Shown here one piece after another: positions 36,109 to 45,426 of a stretch of DNA of 64,000 bases. Where the stretch lies: contig JBHGAY010000002.1 of the NCBI GenBank assembly GCA_041946735.1, forward strand, positions 32,001 to 96,000. The letters are read 5' to 3'. The stretch is from Candidatus Eiseniibacteriota bacterium. Its GTDB lineage: Bacteria > Eisenbacteria > RBG-16-71-46 > CAIMUX01 > VGJL01. The translations under genes were made by a program, and so were the position numbers. The notes below the pieces were generated by a model. It made no database searches. It saw only the letters and a program-made list of their open reading frames with translations, and had not been told where the DNA came from. Position 1 is the first letter of the stretch. Each line of letters starts with the position of its first letter.

Positions 36109-38478
36109 TCAGGCGAGGCCGGTGCGCCGGCGCAGCACCCACTCGACCGACAGCACGACGACGAACGCGAGGAACAGCGCGAGGTGGTTCCACAGCTCGA
36201 TCTCGCGCACTCTCGTCATCTTGCGAACGAGATCGGGAAGGCGTGAGAGCAGCTCGTCGATGCCCGCGCGGTCGGTCGCCGTTCCGCCGCTCGCCGCGCC
36301 AATCTGCTCCATCGTCCCCGGGTCCGGCCGCAGGCGCGTGAACTCCGGCCCGTTGACGTCGACCCAGAAGCTCGCCGTGGACTTGCCGAGCGTCTGCGAT
36401 CCGTCGGAACTCTGCGCCTGCGCTTCGACGCGGTATGAACCGGGCGGCAGAGGATCGATGCGGCCGCCGTAGCTCCCTTCGGCGGAACCCGGGCGCAGCT
36501 CGAATGGCTGCGCGTCGACCGGCGGAGTGCCGGCGTCGGCAGCCACGACGCGCGCCGTCACGCGCGCTCCGGGAATGGGCGCGTAGCGTTCGTCCCAGAG
36601 GCGCGCAGCGAACTCGGGCGCATCGCCGTTCTGGAAGACGCCGCGGACCGGCTCGACGAGGAAGCGCTCGCGTTGCACCGGCTCGGCGAGCCAGCGGACG
36701 ATCCTCTGCGCGAACTCGGGAAACGGATCGGGCCCCTGCCGCACGTCGCCGTGCGGCAGGAAGTCCCAGCGCCAGAAGTCGCGCGCGTTCAGAGCGGCAA
36801 TCTTCCCCTCGCCGGCGAAGCCGGCGGCGAGGGCGGGCAGTCCTCCATCCGCCGAAGCGAAGCTCAGCAGGACCGGCGCCGACGGCTTCGCCCGTACCCT
36901 TCCGTTCCCGGGCCACACGGGCGGAAGCCCGGCCCAGACCGCATCGGCCCGCCGGCCTCCCTCCTCGAGCGCCGTGATCGGATGGGTCACGCCGGGCGTC
37001 TCGAGTCGGACGGTCGAAGGACGATCGAAGATCCCTCCGCCGGCCAGCTCCAGCGGCAGGAGCGGTTCGAGCGGCGTGCCGCGCAGCCGCGACAGGCCGC
37101 TGCGGCCCGCGAGGACGAGAACGCCGCCGCCTCTCTGCGCGTAACGCGCGAGTTCCGCGTAGAGCCCCGGGCCCGCGAGCGACGCGGGAACGTCGCCGAG
37201 CAGGATAGCCGCGTATTCGGACAAGTCCCCGAGGCCCACCATTCCGGCTCCGGCGGCTCCGGCGGCTCCCGCTGCTCCCGCGGCTCCGGCGGCCCCCGCA
37301 GCTCCGGCGGCTCCCGAAGCTCCGCGCCCCTCGGGCGCGCCCCCGGAGAACCAGCGTCCGTCTTTGCCGGCGACGAGGAATCGATACGCGAAGGAGCTGT
37401 CGGACTCGAGCGCGCGGCGAAGAAAGGCGTGATCCCAGTCGAGGGTGCCATCGAGCACGAGCACGCGCGTCTTGCGCTCGAGCACCTGAACCGCCACCGA
37501 CCGCGAATCGTTCTCGGGCACCGGATCGTTCGCCCCCGCGAGCTTGATCTCCCACCGCCGCATTCCGGGAGCGCCCGGGCGCACGTCGAGACGGATCGAC
37601 TGCTCTCGCTCCTCTCCCGCCTCGAGCGTGACGTTCTGCGTCGCGAGCAGCCGACCCTGATCCTCGACGCGGATCTCGACCGTCTTCCCGGCGAGCCCCG
37701 CGCTCGCGATCTCCACTTCCACCGGAGCCGGCTCGCCGGCGAAGGCGACCGGATTCGCGCGGACCTGCAGGATCCTCGCATCGGGAGGCGCAATGGGGGC
37801 GCCGACGCGAATCGGAAAGACCGGCACGCCGGTGGCGCGCGCGGCCCCGATCGGATCGATGCCGGACGTATTCGCCCCATCACTCACGAGGAGCACCGCG
37901 CCGACCGGCCGCGCGCCGCGCCGGCTCGCGATCCTCTCGAGCGCGGTGCCGATCGCCGTATTGCCGCCCGCATCCTCCCCGCGGCCATCCGCCGCCGCCG
38001 CTGTGCTGCTTCCCGCCTGCTCCCTCGGCTCCTTCGACCCCGCGGGACCGCCGGCCTCGTCCCCCACCGGAGGCCGCTCGCTCGGCACGAGCGAGCTGCT
38101 GAAACGAAACCAATCGAGGCGGTAGCGACCCGACAGCTTCTGCTCGATCGCTCCGACGATCTCCTTCGCCTCGTCGGCTCGTGATCGCTCCCCCGACACT
38201 CCCGCCGGAAGGGCCATGCTGGCGGAGGAGTCGACCAGGACGGCGAGGCCCGGCTTCCCGGGCTCCGGGAGCACGAGCGTCAGGATCGGCTCGGCGAGCG
38301 CGAAGAGGACGATCAGGAACGCGAGCCCTCGCAGCACGCGGAGCACGGTCCGGGTCGGCCGCTCGAGGGGTGCGAGCGTCCGGTAGTAGACGAAGATCGC
38401 GAGCGCAATCAGCACGGGAGCGAGGACGAGCCAGAGGGTGGCGTGTGAGGAAAGGAATTCCAGGGAGAATCGGCTCAT
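36109..38478 (-). CDS. vWA / GATase-like membrane protein
   Basis: DSSASM, LLVSDG, WRW and C-terminal EWVLRRRTGL; internal GAA repeat. Confidence 0.8.
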   Translation of the reverse strand: MSRFSLEFLSSHATLWLVLAPVLIALAIFVYYRTLAPLERPTRTVLRVLRGLAFLIVLFALAEPILTLVLPEPGKPGLAVLVDSSASMALPAGVSGERSRADEAKEIVGAIEQKLSGRYRLDWFRFSSSLVPSERPPVGDEAGGPAGSKEPREQAGSSTAAAADGRGEDAGGNTAIGTALERIASRRGARPVGAVLLVSDGANTSGIDPIGAARATGVPVFPIRVGAPIAPPDARILQVRANPVAFAGEPAPVEVEIASAGLAGKTVEIRVEDQGRLLATQNVTLEAGEEREQSIRLDVRPGAPGMRRWEIKLAGANDPVPENDSRSVAVQVLERKTRVLVLDGTLDWDHAFLRRALESDSSFAYRFLVAGKDGRWFSGGAPEGRGASGAAGAAGAAGAAGAAGAAGAAGAGMVGLGDLSEYAAILLGDVPASLAGPGLYAELARYAQRGGGVLVLAGRSGLSRLRGTPLEPLLPLELAGGGIFDRPSTVRLETPGVTHPITALEEGGRRADAVWAGLPPVWPGNGRVRAKPSAPVLLSFASADGGLPALAAGFAGEGKIAALNARDFWRWDFLPHGDVRQGPDPFPEFAQRIVRWLAEPVQRERFLVEPVRGVFQNGDAPEFAARLWDERYAPIPGARVTARVVAADAGTPPVDAQPFELRPGSAEGSYGGRIDPLPPGSYRVEAQAQSSDGSQTLGKSTASFWVDVNGPEFTRLRPDPGTMEQIGAASGGTATDRAGIDELLSRLPDLVRKMTRVREIELWNHLALFLAFVVVLSVEWVLRRRTGLA

Positions 38479-38487
38479 ACGACCGCC

Positions 38488-39255
38488 CTACACCCCTGCC
38501 CGCCGTCCCGGTTCCTCCGGGATTCCGATCTCCTCGAGAAGGAGGGGCAGGACCGTGGCCGCTGTGCCTCGCAGCGAGATGTCCGCTTTCGCGGAATGGG
38601 GGGTGTCCTCCGGATTCACGTCGATCACGAACGCCCCCGCCTGGCGCGCCATGGCGGAGAACCCGGCGGCCGGATAGACGAGCCCCGAGGTTCCGACGAC
38701 GAGGCACACGTCGGAGGAGATCGCCGCCGCCATCGCCTTCTCGAGGAGATCGACGGGGAGCATCTCGCCGAACCAGACGACGGCCGGACGCAGCATCTCA
38801 CCGCACGAGCAACGGGGAACGGCAGCCCTGGGATCCTCCACCGGCTCGGCTCCGCAATTGCGGAAGCAGCGAGAGGCGAGGATGTCGCCATGGATCTCGA
38901 GGACGTTCCTGCTTCCGGCCCGCCGGTGCAAACGATCCACGTTCTGCGTGGCAAGGCAGAAGCGTTCGACTCCCCGCTCGAGGCGGACGAGCGCGTGGTG
39001 CCCGGCGTTCGGCTCGACGGTCGCGAGATGCGCGCGGCGCGAACGGTACCATCTCCAGACCATCTCGGGATCGCGAAGGAACCCCGCAGGACTCGCGATA
39101 TCCTCCGCTCGCCTGCCTTCCCAGAAGCCGCCCGAGCCGCGGAAGGTGGGAACGCCGCTCTCCGCGGAGATCCCCGCTCCCGTCAGGACGAACCAGGAGC
39201 GAGCGGCGCGCAGGCGGTCTCGCTGGGAGTCGGATGGCAATCGCGAGTCGCTCAC
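38488..39255 (-). CDS. cobB: NAD-dependent deacylase (class III sirtuin)
   Basis: TGAGISAESGVPTFRG, WY..RR, TQNVD.LH, RP.VVWFGE and GTSGLVYPAA motifs. Confidence 0.93.
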   Translation of the reverse strand: MSDSRLPSDSQRDRLRAARSWFVLTGAGISAESGVPTFRGSGGFWEGRRAEDIASPAGFLRDPEMVWRWYRSRRAHLATVEPNAGHHALVRLERGVERFCLATQNVDRLHRRAGSRNVLEIHGDILASRCFRNCGAEPVEDPRAAVPRCSCGEMLRPAVVWFGEMLPVDLLEKAMAAAISSDVCLVVGTSGLVYPAAGFSAMARQAGAFVIDVNPEDTPHSAKADISLRGTAATVLPLLLEEIGIPEEPGRRAGV

Positions 39256-40289
39256 CCGCTCGTCTCCCCGCCTCCGCTCTTGCGCCCTCCGCTCCTCGCG
39301 GCCGGCGGAGCATCGCCGGATTTCACGGCGGGACCTCCCGCCTCGCGCCCACGGTCCGTCGCTGGACCGGGACGCGCGTCGCGCGGCGTCGGAGCCCCGC
39401 CCAGGCGCAGGCCCCAGCGAGTCACGCCGTAGCCGGCTTGAGCGGGCCGGCGGAAGTTGATCCATCCGATCAGGAGAAGATGCAGGGTGGCGGTCACGAA
39501 GAGCAGCGTGATCGTTCCCTCGAGGAGAATCAAGCGAGTCTCGGGCCAGTCCCAGGAGCCGCTGAGCATCAAGAGGATCACGGCCGCGCCGGTGACGATC
39601 CCGCTGCCGCGCCCGAACGGCGTCGGCTTGATCCAGATCCGGCCCCGCAGCAGATAGAGTCCGAGACATCCGCCGAGCAGAACGCCGTAGCGCAGCAGCA
39701 CCGCTCCCATCGTCACTTCTCCGATCCGGTCCCGCAAATAGAGCGGGATGAAGACGGCGAGCTGCATGCAGACGTCCCCGATCGGATCGAGCACGAAGCC
39801 GAGCCGGGTCTCCTCGTGCCGGCGTCGCGCCACGATGCCGTCTGCCACGTCCGTGAGCGCGATCAGCAGATACGCAGCGGTCGCCGCCACCCACTGCCGC
39901 TCCAGGATCAGCCACGCGAGCGTCGGCAGGAATCCGATGCGCAGGAAGCTGAGCACGTTCGCAGGGCCGACGCGCGCGACCGGATTGCCTGCGAGATCGG
40001 TGAGGAAACCGATGTTCAGCAGGACGACCCAGCAGACGATCGAGATCCAGAACAGGTGCGCGAGCACCAGAGCGAGCACGCCCCCGGCCGAGAGCAGCGC
40101 GGCCAGGGGAATGTCGACGGCGAGCGCGGCAAGCGAGAGCCAGAGGCCGGTCTGGATGACCGCGCGCATCCCCTCGGGATTCTGGCGGAACCCGACCTTT
40201 CCCCGGTCCCAGACGAACTGGGTGGCCTGGGAGATCCCCCAGCGGATCAGACCGCTCCGGATCCGCGCCCGGTTCCGCCCCCCGGTCAA
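39252..40289 (-). CDS. CDP-alcohol phosphatidyltransferase family protein
   Basis: ANVLSFLR and DVADGIVARR...GFVLDPIGD; start may be ATG at 40169. Confidence 0.85.
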   Translation of the reverse strand: MTGGRNRARIRSGLIRWGISQATQFVWDRGKVGFRQNPEGMRAVIQTGLWLSLAALAVDIPLAALLSAGGVLALVLAHLFWISIVCWVVLLNIGFLTDLAGNPVARVGPANVLSFLRIGFLPTLAWLILERQWVAATAAYLLIALTDVADGIVARRRHEETRLGFVLDPIGDVCMQLAVFIPLYLRDRIGEVTMGAVLLRYGVLLGGCLGLYLLRGRIWIKPTPFGRGSGIVTGAAVILLMLSGSWDWPETRLILLEGTITLLFVTATLHLLLIGWINFRRPAQAGYGVTRWGLRLGGAPTPRDARPGPATDRGREAGGPAVKSGDAPPAARSGGRKSGGGETSG

Positions 40290-40319
40290 TCGACTCCGAT
40301 CATCTGCATCGCGATTGCC

Positions 40320-43121
40320 TCATGCCGTTCTCGTCAACCCGACCCCTCCCTCGGCGCGAAGGGTCGCCTGCGCCGCGGCGAGCCGCGCGATCGGGACGCG
40401 GAACGGCGAGCAGCTGACGTAGTCGAGGCCCGCGTCGAAGCAGAAGTGGATCGAAGCGGGATCGCCCCCATGCTCTCCGCAGATCCCGACCTTCAGGTTC
40501 GGCCGGGCCTTCCGCCCCTTCTCGACAGCGATCCGGACGAGCTGCCCGACGCCGGTCTGATCGATGCTGACGAAGGGATCGTGATCGAGGATGCCGACCT
40601 CGAGATACTCGCGGAGGAACTTCCCCGCGTCGTCGCGCGAGTAGGCGAAGGTCATCTGCGTGAGATCGTTCGTCCCGAAAGAGAAGAACTCGGCCTTCTC
40701 CGCGATCGCGTCGGCGGTCAACGCGGCGCGGGGCACCTCGATCATCGTTCCGACGAGGAACGGGACCTCCACCCCCTCGGCCCGCTGCACCTCCTGCGCG
40801 ACCTTGCGGACGACCGCCGCCTGGTTCTCGAACTCCTTCACCTCGCCCACCAGCGGGATCATGATCTCGGGCAGCACCTCGATCCCTTCCTTCTTCAGCC
40901 GGCAGGCGGCTTCGAGGATCGCCCGGACCTGCATCGCCGTGATCTCCGGATAGGTGATGCCCAGGCGGCAGCCCCGGTGCCCGAGCATCGGATTGAACTC
41001 GTGCAGCTCCTCGACACGCTCCAGCAGGCGCCGCTTCTCGGCGATCCGCTGCTCGGGGACCTTCTGCTCCTCCATGCGAGCGATCTCGACGAGCAGGTCT
41101 TCCCGGTTCGGCAGGAACTCATGGAGAGGAGGGTCGAGCGTGCGGATCGTCACCGGCAGCCCGTCCATCGCCTTCAGTAGTCCGTAGAAGTCGTCGCGCT
41201 GGAACGGAAGAATCGCGGCGAGCGCTTCGTCGAACTTCGCCTGCGGGCCGGCCAGGTCCTTCTGCTTCGCCGCCAGCCGCGCGGCGATCTCCTTCTTGCG
41301 GGGGCCGTCCGCCGACGCCATCTCGGCTTCCAGGCGCGCGACCTCGCCACGCAGCTTCTTGGCCGAGGCGGCATAGAGGATCATCTGCTGGACGTACGGG
41401 AGCCGCTCGGCCGCGAAGAACATGTGCTCCGTGCGGCAGAGGCCGATCCCCTGCGCGCCGAACTTCCGCGCCTGGATCGCATCGCGCGGCACGTCCGCGT
41501 TCGCTCGCACCTTGAGCTTCCGCACCTCGTCGGCCCATTCCATGAAGATCCGGAACTCGTCGGCGACTTCCGGCTCGAGAGTGGGGACCTTCCCTTCGAG
41601 GACCTCGCCCGTCGATCCGTTGAGACTGATCCAGTCCCCCTTGGCGACGCGCGTGCCGCCGAGATCGACGTACCCCTCGGCCTGATGCACTTGCGCGGCG
41701 GAGCAACCAGCCACGCAGCACTTCCCCATGCCGCGGGCGACGACGGCGGCGTGGCTCGTCATTCCGCCCGTCGCCGTCAAGATTCCCTGCGACGCGTCCA
41801 TCCCGTGGATGTCGTCGGGTGTCGTCTCGGGACGCACGAGGACGACCTTCTCGCCGCGCTTCGCCCACTCGACCGCCTCGTCCGGATCGAAGACGACGCG
41901 CCCGACCGCCGCCCCCGGCGACGCGGCGAGCCCGCGTGCGAGCACCTTCACCTTCGCCGTCGGATCGATGCGCGGATGGAGCAGCTGATCGAGCTGCTCG
42001 GGCTCGATCCGGGTGAGCGCCTCGCTCTTCGTGATCAGCCCTTCGCGGACCATGTCGACCGCGATCCGCACCGCCGCCTGCGCCGTGCGCTGCCCGCGCC
42101 GGGTCTGCAGCATGTACAGCGTCCCTTCCTCGACGGTGAACTCGAAGTCCTGCACGTCGCGATAGTGACGCTCCAGGCGATTGGTGATGTCGCGGAGCTG
42201 CCGGAAGACCTCCGGCATCTCCTTCTCCAGCTCCGCAATCGGCTTCGGAGTCCGGATCCCCGCGACGACATCCTCTCCCTGCGCGTTCATCAGGAACTCG
42301 CCATAGAACTCGGGGACGCCGGTCGCCGGATTGCGCGTGAATCCGACCCCGGTCGCCGAGCGGGATCCCTTGTTCCCGAACACCATCGCCTGGACGTTGA
42401 CCGCCGTGCCGAGATCGTCCGGGATTCCCTTCTGCTTGCGGTAGTAGTTCGCGCGGTCGTTGTTCCAGGAGCGGAAGACCGCGTCGCGCGCCATGTCGAG
42501 CTGCTGCCGGGGATCCTGGGGGAACTCGATTCCCGCGTGATCGCGCACCACCTTCTTGAACCGCTCGATCACCTTCTTCAGATCTCCCGCGCTCAGATCG
42601 ACGTCGGTCGCCGCGCCGCTCTCGCTCTTCGCAGCCTGCAGCTCGACCTCGAAATGGTCCTTGTCGATTCCGAGGACGACGTTGCCGAACATCTGCAGGA
42701 AGCGCCGGTAGGAGTCGTAGGCGAAGCGAGGATTGCCGGTCGTCTTCGCGATACCCTCGACCGAGCGATCGTTCAAACCCAGGTTCAGGATCGTGTCCAT
42801 CATCCCGGGCATCGAGAACTTCGCTCCGCTGCGGACGGAGACGAGAAGCGGATCGTTCGGATCGCCAAGCCCGCGTCCTTGGAGCTTCTCGAGCTTCGCG
42901 AGCGCCTCGGCCTGCTGCTCCAGCACTTCGCTGGAAACCTGTCCGCCCCTCTGCAGATACAGATTGCACGCTGCGGTGACGATCGTGAATCCGGGAGGGA
43001 CGGGAAGACCCGCGTTGGTCATCTCCGCGAGACCGGCGCCCTTGCCGCCGAGCTGGTCCCGCATCTCGCCGTCTCCTTCCGCCTTCCCACCACCGAAGAA
43101 ATAGACGTACTTCGTGGACAT
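40320..43121 (-). CDS. ppdK: pyruvate, phosphate dikinase
   Basis: KYVYFFG, GGMTSHAAVVAR, GLCRTEHMF, NPMLGHRGCR and GICGEHGGDP motifs. Confidence 0.98.
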   Translation of the reverse strand: MSTKYVYFFGGGKAEGDGEMRDQLGGKGAGLAEMTNAGLPVPPGFTIVTAACNLYLQRGGQVSSEVLEQQAEALAKLEKLQGRGLGDPNDPLLVSVRSGAKFSMPGMMDTILNLGLNDRSVEGIAKTTGNPRFAYDSYRRFLQMFGNVVLGIDKDHFEVELQAAKSESGAATDVDLSAGDLKKVIERFKKVVRDHAGIEFPQDPRQQLDMARDAVFRSWNNDRANYYRKQKGIPDDLGTAVNVQAMVFGNKGSRSATGVGFTRNPATGVPEFYGEFLMNAQGEDVVAGIRTPKPIAELEKEMPEVFRQLRDITNRLERHYRDVQDFEFTVEEGTLYMLQTRRGQRTAQAAVRIAVDMVREGLITKSEALTRIEPEQLDQLLHPRIDPTAKVKVLARGLAASPGAAVGRVVFDPDEAVEWAKRGEKVVLVRPETTPDDIHGMDASQGILTATGGMTSHAAVVARGMGKCCVAGCSAAQVHQAEGYVDLGGTRVAKGDWISLNGSTGEVLEGKVPTLEPEVADEFRIFMEWADEVRKLKVRANADVPRDAIQARKFGAQGIGLCRTEHMFFAAERLPYVQQMILYAASAKKLRGEVARLEAEMASADGPRKKEIAARLAAKQKDLAGPQAKFDEALAAILPFQRDDFYGLLKAMDGLPVTIRTLDPPLHEFLPNREDLLVEIARMEEQKVPEQRIAEKRRLLERVEELHEFNPMLGHRGCRLGITYPEITAMQVRAILEAACRLKKEGIEVLPEIMIPLVGEVKEFENQAAVVRKVAQEVQRAEGVEVPFLVGTMIEVPRAALTADAIAEKAEFFSFGTNDLTQMTFAYSRDDAGKFLREYLEVGILDHDPFVSIDQTGVGQLVRIAVEKGRKARPNLKVGICGEHGGDPASIHFCFDAGLDYVSCSPFRVPIARLAAAQATLRAEGGVGLTRTA

Positions 43122-43267
43122 TTCCTCAACCTCCCAACCCGGAGAACGCCGCCGTTGCGGGCGCCCGTACGCAATTCGGCCGGGCCGAACAACCCTTCCG
43201 CGCAACGCGCGGCCATCTCGAGGTCGTCTTCGGCCCGGAAGTTTCGAGAACCGACAGGCTCGTGGGC

Positions 43268-43297
43268 ATTGTAGGTACGCCCGTTCACAAGGGTCAA
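43268..43297 (-). promoter_or_regulatory. sigma70-like promoter of ppdK
   Basis: TTGACC-N18-TACAAT. Confidence 0.6.
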
Positions 43298-45426
43298 GGC
43301 GAGCGGACCGGCGCGAGCGGCTCCAGAGCGCTCGTGAAGAGACGCCATAGCGCGACGCTCGCCGAATCCGGTTCGCCTCCCGGCGGCGCCTCTTGGGCCG
43401 GAGGACGCCTGGACGCGAGCGATGCCAGAAGGGCCTTCGCAAGCCCGTCCCGCCGGTCGGGCGGCACCGCCACCTCCCGCAGCAGATCGCCGATCCAGCG
43501 GGTGGCGCGCGGCGGATCGAGAGCCGTCCAGGCGGAAGCGCGGAGCACGGGAGCCCGGCCGTCGCTCCATCCGAGCGCGATCGAGGAGTCGAACGCAGCC
43601 GCCGCTCGCTCCCAATGCTCCTCGCGCAGCGCGATCAGGCCGCGGTAGTACCAGGCGTAGGAGTCGCGCTGCAGCGCCGGCCGCTCGAGGAGCCGGGACG
43701 CTTCCGCGTCCGCGCCCCGCCGCACCAGGCAGGCGGCGAGTTGGAGCGCCGCCGCCGGCGAAGCGGGCGCTGCGCGCACGGCCGCGCGCAGGTCCTCCTC
43801 CGCTCCACGGAAGTCCCGGGATTGCAGGCGCAGCGAGCCACGAGCCGTCCGCAGCAGCCCGCCGTCCGCTCCTTCCCGCATGCCGAGATCGAGGATCGCG
43901 AGCGCCGCCGGCGCTCCGCCGCTCTCCGCCTCGAGCGATGCCCACCGCTCCCACACGACCTCGCGCGCGGGATCGAGGCGCGCGGCGCGCTCGTAGCCAC
44001 GCTTCGCCTCCTCGATCCTGCCGTCGCGCTCGAATGCCGCCGCCCATTGCGCCGCCGCGAGGCCGTCCTGCTCGCGCGCCGCCCGGCCGGCCGGGACCAA
44101 CGCCATGGCGAGGAGGATCGCCGCCGCGATCGAGGCGCGGAGTCGCGCCGGAGGCGGCGCGTCCCGCCACGAAACCAGCGCGCGACCGGAAAGGATCGCG
44201 AGAGCGGGGACCGACTCGCACTGGTAGCGCGACGCGACGTAGAAGAGGAGGCAGGTGGCCAGGCCGGTGGCCGCGAACAGAACCAGGAGGCCCTCTCGCC
44301 GGTCGCGCGGAGGACGAAGGGCGAGGCCGGCGACCGCGGGGATCCAGAGAAGCGGGAACGGCACGGCGAAGAGGTCGAGGCTTGCGACATCGCCACGCTC
44401 GACGGCATAGGAGTAGTTGTCGGCGTAGGCGTGCGGCCCGGCGAAGCGGATCAGCTTCCACCCCCAGAGACGCGCCGCATGCCCGGGATCCGCGAGGAGG
44501 CTCGAGAGTCCCGCGCGAAACCAGTGCGCCGAGGCCTCCGAGGGCCGGAGCGGCCTTCCCGCTTCGCGCGAGGCCGCCTCCCGGTCGATCCGCGCCTGCT
44601 CCACCGCGTTCGCCGCCGCTCCCACTCGATCGTCCGGCTCGAGCAGGCCGTAGCGCGCCGCCGCGTTGTTGCCGTGGTAGAAGGTGATCCCGCCGTTCGC
44701 GCTGACGAGAACGAGGTCCCGCCCGTGCACCGCGTTGTGGAGTGTGGCGGGCGCGATGGCGAGGAGGGTCCCGAGCGCGAGCGGAGCGATCTCCCGGCGC
44801 AGGAGGGCGAGACGATCCTTCGACGCGAGAGCGATCGCAGCCGCGCCGACGAGGACGAGCAGCAGATCGGGGCGCGCGAGCACGCCCACTCCGAGCGCCA
44901 GGCCGGCGAGGAAACGCGTCCGGCCCGTCGTCGCGGCCGTCCCGAGATCGAGGGCGACGACCGACAGGAAGATCCCGATCGAGGTGGCGAGCAGCTTCGT
45001 CTCGTGCGACGCGAGCGGACCGTAGAGGCCGAGCAGCAGCAGAGCGGCGAGCGCCGCCCGCGGACCGTAGAAGCGCCGCGCGATCCGGTGCACCAAAGCA
45101 AGCGTCGCGATCCCGAGCAGGACTTGCGCGAGGACGATTCCCGCGGCGGGATCCCTTGCGAGCGCGAGCGCCGGCGCGATCACGAACGGATAGAGGGGCG
45201 CGCGGTAGAAGACCGGCTCGGGGAGCGATCCGGCGGCGATCGCGCGGCCGAGGGTGAGATAGGCGATCGAGTCGGCGAGCGGCTGCCGGAGCGCCGGAGT
45301 CCGGGCGATCGCTTCGATCGCGTAGACGATCCGCAGGGCGGCCAACGCGAGCCATGCGAGAAGGGCGAGGCGATCGTCGACCGCCCCGCCCTTGCCCAAC
45401 CCCTCCGGCTTGCGCCCGAGTTTCAC
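43294..45426 (-). CDS. GT39/ArnT-like glycosyltransferase with C-terminal TPRs
   Basis: D...Y and YRAPLYPF, multiple TMs, GITFYHGN, SRY; C-terminal TPR helices. Confidence 0.8.
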   Translation of the reverse strand: MKLGRKPEGLGKGGAVDDRLALLAWLALAALRIVYAIEAIARTPALRQPLADSIAYLTLGRAIAAGSLPEPVFYRAPLYPFVIAPALALARDPAAGIVLAQVLLGIATLALVHRIARRFYGPRAALAALLLLGLYGPLASHETKLLATSIGIFLSVVALDLGTAATTGRTRFLAGLALGVGVLARPDLLLVLVGAAAIALASKDRLALLRREIAPLALGTLLAIAPATLHNAVHGRDLVLVSANGGITFYHGNNAAARYGLLEPDDRVGAAANAVEQARIDREAASREAGRPLRPSEASAHWFRAGLSSLLADPGHAARLWGWKLIRFAGPHAYADNYSYAVERGDVASLDLFAVPFPLLWIPAVAGLALRPPRDRREGLLVLFAATGLATCLLFYVASRYQCESVPALAILSGRALVSWRDAPPPARLRASIAAAILLAMALVPAGRAAREQDGLAAAQWAAAFERDGRIEEAKRGYERAARLDPAREVVWERWASLEAESGGAPAALAILDLGMREGADGGLLRTARGSLRLQSRDFRGAEEDLRAAVRAAPASPAAALQLAACLVRRGADAEASRLLERPALQRDSYAWYYRGLIALREEHWERAAAAFDSSIALGWSDGRAPVLRASAWTALDPPRATRWIGDLLREVAVPPDRRDGLAKALLASLASRRPPAQEAPPGGEPDSASVALWRLFTSALEPLAPVRSP

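Noticed and set aside
38181..41180. 999-aa plus-strand ORF and many other long Arg/Pro/Ala-rich ORFs
   Set aside because: These are antisense or off-frame shadows of clear genes (cobB, ppdK and others), as expected in high-GC DNA.
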